DNA of 63,671 nucleotides, the filler included, from Thraustochytrium aureum (Eukaryota), in NCBI GenBank assembly GCA_012862495.1. It is 6 parts of 6 records of this genome, joined end to end, with 100 filler letters (N's around TTAATTAATTAA, not from the genome) between each part and the next. Parts side by side here need not be neighbours in the genome. Positions count along the whole stretch, not along the records: positions 59,530 to 62,320 come from BLSG01000309.1; positions 62,421 to 63,671 come from BLSG01000313.1; 4 more parts are not named here. One strand, 5' to 3'. This document shows, in pieces, positions 60,589-63,671 of the stretch; position 1 is the first letter of the stretch, and each line of letters opens with the position of its first letter. The position numbers were made by a program, and so were the translations under genes. A model generated the notes under the pieces. That model made no database searches, was not told the DNA's origin, and saw only the letters and a list, made by a program, of their open reading frames with translations.

Positions 60589-61911
60589 TCACCCAGTGTA
60601 CGTTTTTCCAATCGCGCATGTCGGTGGGGTCGTTGCGATCCACCATTTCGTATAAAAACTGGGGGACATCGCCGGCCCCAAACCTCTCGAGGTGGGGACC
60701 GAAGAGGGTGCACCGGGTGGGGGGGGAGGTGTGTCCTCCCCAGTGCGGGGTGTTGGGGTGTCCGTGAGGGGGGTTGGGGTGTCAGTGAGCGGGGTTGGTA
60801 GTTCCTCCGTGAGGGGGTATTCATTCTTGTGGAAACGAACTCTTGGGCAAGGTTTTGGTGAAGTGGTATCGACCGTTGAGTTTGAACTAGTGTCGTTGGA
60901 GGAACTAGCAGATTTCTCTTCTGTTGATGGCATGAAGTTGAAGCACTGCGTGTATGTAGGATACTTCTCACGTATCATAACAGTGGCATGAATGAGAAAC
61001 TTGTTGAAGTCTTCATTTGTCCACGAGTGCCGATCGTTAAGTCGTTGAATAACGATTCGCACGTTTGACTTCATGTATCCTTTTGAGTTGTCAAGTCTGT
61101 CAGGAGAAGCCATAAATGGATGGCCAACGTCGAGCGACAGCGGTAGTCTTGAAATAGCACACCTATATTCTTGAGCCCTCAGAATTTCAAAGATGTCATG
61201 TTCTTCCAATTCATTTTCATGCATCGAGGTGCCAGATCGTGAATTTCGTATTCCACAATTATGATCCATACGACGCACCATACGGAAAATTTCATAATTG
61301 AACTCTGTAACATCCGATAGTAGTGTTTGAAAGGAGAATGGATTCAGCATCGCCTTTGTTAATTCGAAATCCCAATCCATTCTGTGACCTACATTTGTTA
61401 TTTGGCATATTGCGGCCACGTTTTCCTCAACCGCGTATCCTTTACCCCTGTCGAGTCTCTCTGGGCTCACGCTAAACTTTCCCGATTCTTCAAACGGAAT
61501 CCCAGTGTAATAACATTTGTTTTGTTGTCTCTTTATTGCGTCGGTGAAATTCTTTTCACCTACATCTGGACACTCTTTGTACTTCCTTAAGCTTCGCGAC
61601 CGTAGCCCTAATATTGTCGATTTAAACTTTGACGGACGCGGTACACACAGATTACACTTAGTGCTCAAATTGAAATGTTGACATTTTGAGGTCTTGAAAT
61701 CGTAAAGATAGCGATGAATACCACAACATTTGCATTTGCGTTTAAAATCAATCCCATTTTGTGAGATCAATCGAATGAAATTCACGTACTTCCCAGTGAC
61801 ACAAACCTTAAGTCTGTTCATCATTTTTCTCAGCTTGAAATCTGTTGCGAGTGTTTTCGCATGAGTATTGATTTTAATTTTTTCAAGGCAGCTTTCCACA
61901 GTCTCATTCAT
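60589..61911 (-). CDS. Zn-ribbon + two tandem HNH-like (S.[DE]R.D..KGY...NV) nuclease domains, AT-rich ORF
   Basis: KCKCCG...F...KCNLC; QQNKCYYTGIPF...SPERLDRGKGY..ENVAAICQITN; QEYRCAISRLPL...SPDRLDNSKGYMKSNVRIVIQRLN; P/T-rich tail. Confidence 0.75.
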   Translation of the reverse strand: MNETVESCLEKIKINTHAKTLATDFKLRKMMNRLKVCVTGKYVNFIRLISQNGIDFKRKCKCCGIHRYLYDFKTSKCQHFNLSTKCNLCVPRPSKFKSTILGLRSRSLRKYKECPDVGEKNFTDAIKRQQNKCYYTGIPFEESGKFSVSPERLDRGKGYAVEENVAAICQITNVGHRMDWDFELTKAMLNPFSFQTLLSDVTEFNYEIFRMVRRMDHNCGIRNSRSGTSMHENELEEHDIFEILRAQEYRCAISRLPLSLDVGHPFMASPDRLDNSKGYMKSNVRIVIQRLNDRHSWTNEDFNKFLIHATVMIREKYPTYTQCFNFMPSTEEKSASSSNDTSSNSTVDTTSPKPCPRVRFHKNEYPLTEELPTPLTDTPTPLTDTPTPRTGEDTPPPPPGAPSSVPTSRGLGPAMSPSFYTKWWIATTPPTCAIGKTYTG

Positions 61912-62139
61912 TTCGTTGATGATTTCGACAATCTGGTGCTCAGTTATATGGTGATTAAACTGGTGGAGGGGGGGAGTGTACCGGTGGGCTCCCCCCCCCC
62001 GCCACCACTCAACCCAGTAGCGGTGGGGAGGGGGTGGCCCCAGGGGAGGGGGTGGCCCCCCCACGGCACAACCCAGCGGTGGGGAGGGGGTGGCCCCAGG
62101 GGGTGGCCCCAGGGGAGGGCCCCCCGGGGGGCGGTGGGG

Positions 62140-62301
62140 TCGAAAATTAATTTCCGAAACCCTCGATGGACATTTCTGGAGGTGGTGGGGCGTCGAAATT
62201 TTTTTTTCGGAACCCTCGATAGTTTTCTTGTGGAGGTGGGGGTTTCGAAAATTTATTTTTCAGAACCCTCGATGGATATTTCTCAAGGTGGTAAAATTGG
62301 G
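62140..62301 (+). repeat. ~52-bp tandem repeat x3
   Basis: tcgaaaattaatttccgaaaccctcgatgg...ggaggtgg / tcgaaatttttttttcggaaccctcgatag...ggaggtgg / tcgaaaatttatttttcagaaccctcgatgg...aggtgg. Confidence 0.85.
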
Positions 62302-62320
62302 AAAAATACAGCAGGTTATT

Positions 62321-62420
62321 NNNNNNNNNNNNNNNNNNNNNNNNNNNNNNNNNNNNNNNNNNNNTTAATTAATTAANNNNNNNNNNNNNNNNNNNNNNNN
62401 NNNNNNNNNNNNNNNNNNNN
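62321..62420. other. Artificial scaffold-joining linker
   Basis: 44 N + TTAATTAATTAA + 44 N. Confidence 0.97.
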
Positions 62421-62546
62421 GACGAGTACTGAAAGTCAGTACTTTATTCAGGCGCAACGCAGGAGAGCACGGACTGTCAAGAGATAGATAGCGGTGCTCA
62501 GCAGGTGATCGAGTGGCCGCCAGACGAGCATGCATCAGGCAGAAGC

Positions 62547-62643
62547 GCAGCGAAGAGCAGCAAGCAGCAAGAGCAGCAGCAGCAGCAGCAGCAGCAAGAG
62601 CAGCAAGAGCAGCAGCAGCAGCAGGAGCAGCAGGAGGAGGAGG
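62547..62643 (+). repeat. (CAG/CAA/GAG)n trinucleotide tract upstream of NOP10
   Basis: gcagcaagagcagcagcagcagcagc...aggaggagg. Confidence 0.9.
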
Positions 62644-62653
62644 TTTGTGCAGG

Positions 62654-62930
62654 ATGCATCTCATGTACTACTTGGACGAGGAAGGCAAGCGCGTGTACAC
62701 GCTCAAGGTAAGTGCTCGCCGGCGCGCGAGGCGACGACGGAAAGAAAGGCGGGCGGTGGCTGACGACTGCCTGCGGCGCACGGGCGTAGAAGGAGACGAG
62801 CGAGGGAAGCCCCACCGAGTCGGCGCATCCGGCGCGGTTCAGCCCGGATGATACGTACAGCAAGCAACGCGTGATGACCAAGAAGCGGCATGGGCTGCTG
62901 CTGACGCAGCTTCCGCAGCCCAAGTGCTGA
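62654..62930 (+). CDS. NOP10: H/ACA snoRNP protein NOP10; intron 62708-62789
   Basis: [18 protein letters not shown] | [46 protein letters not shown]...GTAG intron. Confidence 0.96.
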
Positions 62931-63148
62931 GCTGCGGGCGGGAGCCTGCATGTAGTCAAACGATTCAAATGCCTTAAAACCGTGTGCTGGTTGGTCTTCG
63001 TTGCCTGGCGGCGCCTGCCGAAAGCGCACGCTTCACCGTGTCTCTTGCCTGGAGGACAAGCTCAACTCCAAGTGTTCGATCAAAGGTCGCGGGGGCCTCG
63101 CAACTTCAAACTTCGTCGACGACTTGGTCGTTTATAAAGATAGATGCT

Positions 63149-63671
63149 TTAGTCCCAGAGCTGCTTGCCGAACTTTGGATTTGCCGCAGCAATCTGCTGC
63201 GGCTGAGCGGCGTACGGCGAGCCTCCATAGGCCACAGCCTGGGCCATCGGCGGCTGTGCCGACCCGTTCCGACGCCGAAGCTTGACAAAGAGAAGACTTG
63301 CCAAAGCCACGAGGGCCAATGCAGCCCCAGCGACACTGAGCGGGATCGTCAACGACATCTCGCTCTCATTCGCGGCACCCGCGCTGGGGTCGTCCATGCT
63401 CGGTGCATCGGATTTCACGATCTTGTCATCAAACGGATTCGGATCGCGGCCAGTTGGCGGGCTGTCCGTCTCAGGGTCGAAGCCTTGAACGCACGTGTTG
63501 TTGGCGGCGCAAATCATCCACCAGGCCGCAGCCTTGCCACGGCAATAAAGTCGCGCATAGTCCCCCTCGCAGTCTGGGTCGGCAACTCCGCAGCCGCAGT
63601 CGCAACCGTCGCCGGCAGCATACCAGGCGGCCAGGCAATCCCACGCGCCTGGAACGGTCACAGTCGGACTC
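63149..63671 (-). CDS. Single-pass membrane protein with Cys-rich (LNR-like) ectodomain, 5'-truncated by window end
   Basis: WDCLAAWYAAGDGCDCGCGVADPDC motif, then TM IPLSVAGAALALVALASLLFV followed by KLRRR. Confidence 0.7.
   Translation of the reverse strand, partial: SPTVTVPGAWDCLAAWYAAGDGCDCGCGVADPDCEGDYARLYCRGKAAAWWMICAANNTCVQGFDPETDSPPTGRDPNPFDDKIVKSDAPSMDDPSAGAANESEMSLTIPLSVAGAALALVALASLLFVKLRRRNGSAQPPMAQAVAYGGSPYAAQPQQIAAANPKFGKQLWD

Larger units (their letters stand above)
60110..62320. mobile_element. Putative foreign/mobile cassette (virus-derived or selfish nuclease element)
   Basis: Sharp drop in GC relative to the rest of the window, intronless HNH-like ORF, same-order direct-repeat motifs on both flanks. 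Confidence 0.5.

Noticed and set aside
61912..62064. Pro/Gly-rich N-terminal extension of the HNH-like ORF
   Set aside because: It begins at a non-ATG codon inside the G/C-tract repeat block; the first ATG in AT-rich coding-like sequence is at 61911.
62140..62301. CRISPR-like repeat-spacer array beside a nuclease
   Set aside because: There are only three units and they are similar along their whole length, with no unique spacers. Kept only as a tandem repeat.
14494..62420. TTAATTAATTAA repeated five times as a biological motif or transposon target site
   Set aside because: It is always centred in exactly 44 N + 44 N, so it is an artificial six-frame-stop linker. Gene neighbourhoods across these points (for example REase-kinase next to the HNH cassette) were not treated as linkage.
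62505..62711. Polyglutamine/polyalanine protein
   Set aside because: The CAG tract lies upstream of the conserved NOP10 start (62654); it is a UTR/promoter microsatellite.

Overview
Eukaryotic, GC-rich, intron-poor genomic DNA from a draft assembly. Five identical 100-bp linkers (44 N + TTAATTAATTAA + 44 N) join six unrelated scaffolds: 1-14493, 14594-26393, 26494-56715, 56816-59429, 59530-62320 and 62421-63671. Adjacency across linkers therefore means nothing biologically. Short GTAAGT...YAG introns, compact genes and an axonemal dynein gene (CASC1/DNAI7) point to a flagellated protist; a labyrinthulomycete-like stramenopile is my inference only. Housekeeping-type genes: 7TM protein, PrpF, ATP sulfurylase, TPR-CobW, TUG/ASPSCR1-like, ARP2, SMC1, amidohydrolase, AGC kinase, DRG1, atypical GTPase, cytochrome P450, receptor class III cyclase, PRMT7-like, ABCA, ANK-FN3-IQ, CID protein, CASC1, SLC25 carrier and NOP10. 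Many are split by single-base homopolymer indels that look like sequencing errors. The most unusual material is on the small scaffolds and scaffold ends. (i) An AT-rich cassette encodes a Zn-ribbon plus tandem HNH-like protein; it is bracketed by degenerate direct repeats, G-tracts and a ~52-bp repeat array, and lies next to a tRNA-ligase-kinase-like ORF. (ii) A Crinkler-type PD-(D/E)xK nuclease plus kinase ORF carries one in-frame TAA. (iii) An EsV-1-7-type Cys-repeat ORF follows an AT-rich patch. Also notable: an algal/marine-cyanobacterial-type ATP sulfurylase with a mitochondrial-like presequence behind a 53-bp repeat array, and a bacterial-type cyclase with Cya2-like guanylyl-cyclase residues. 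All family calls come from motif recognition by eye; no database searches were run.
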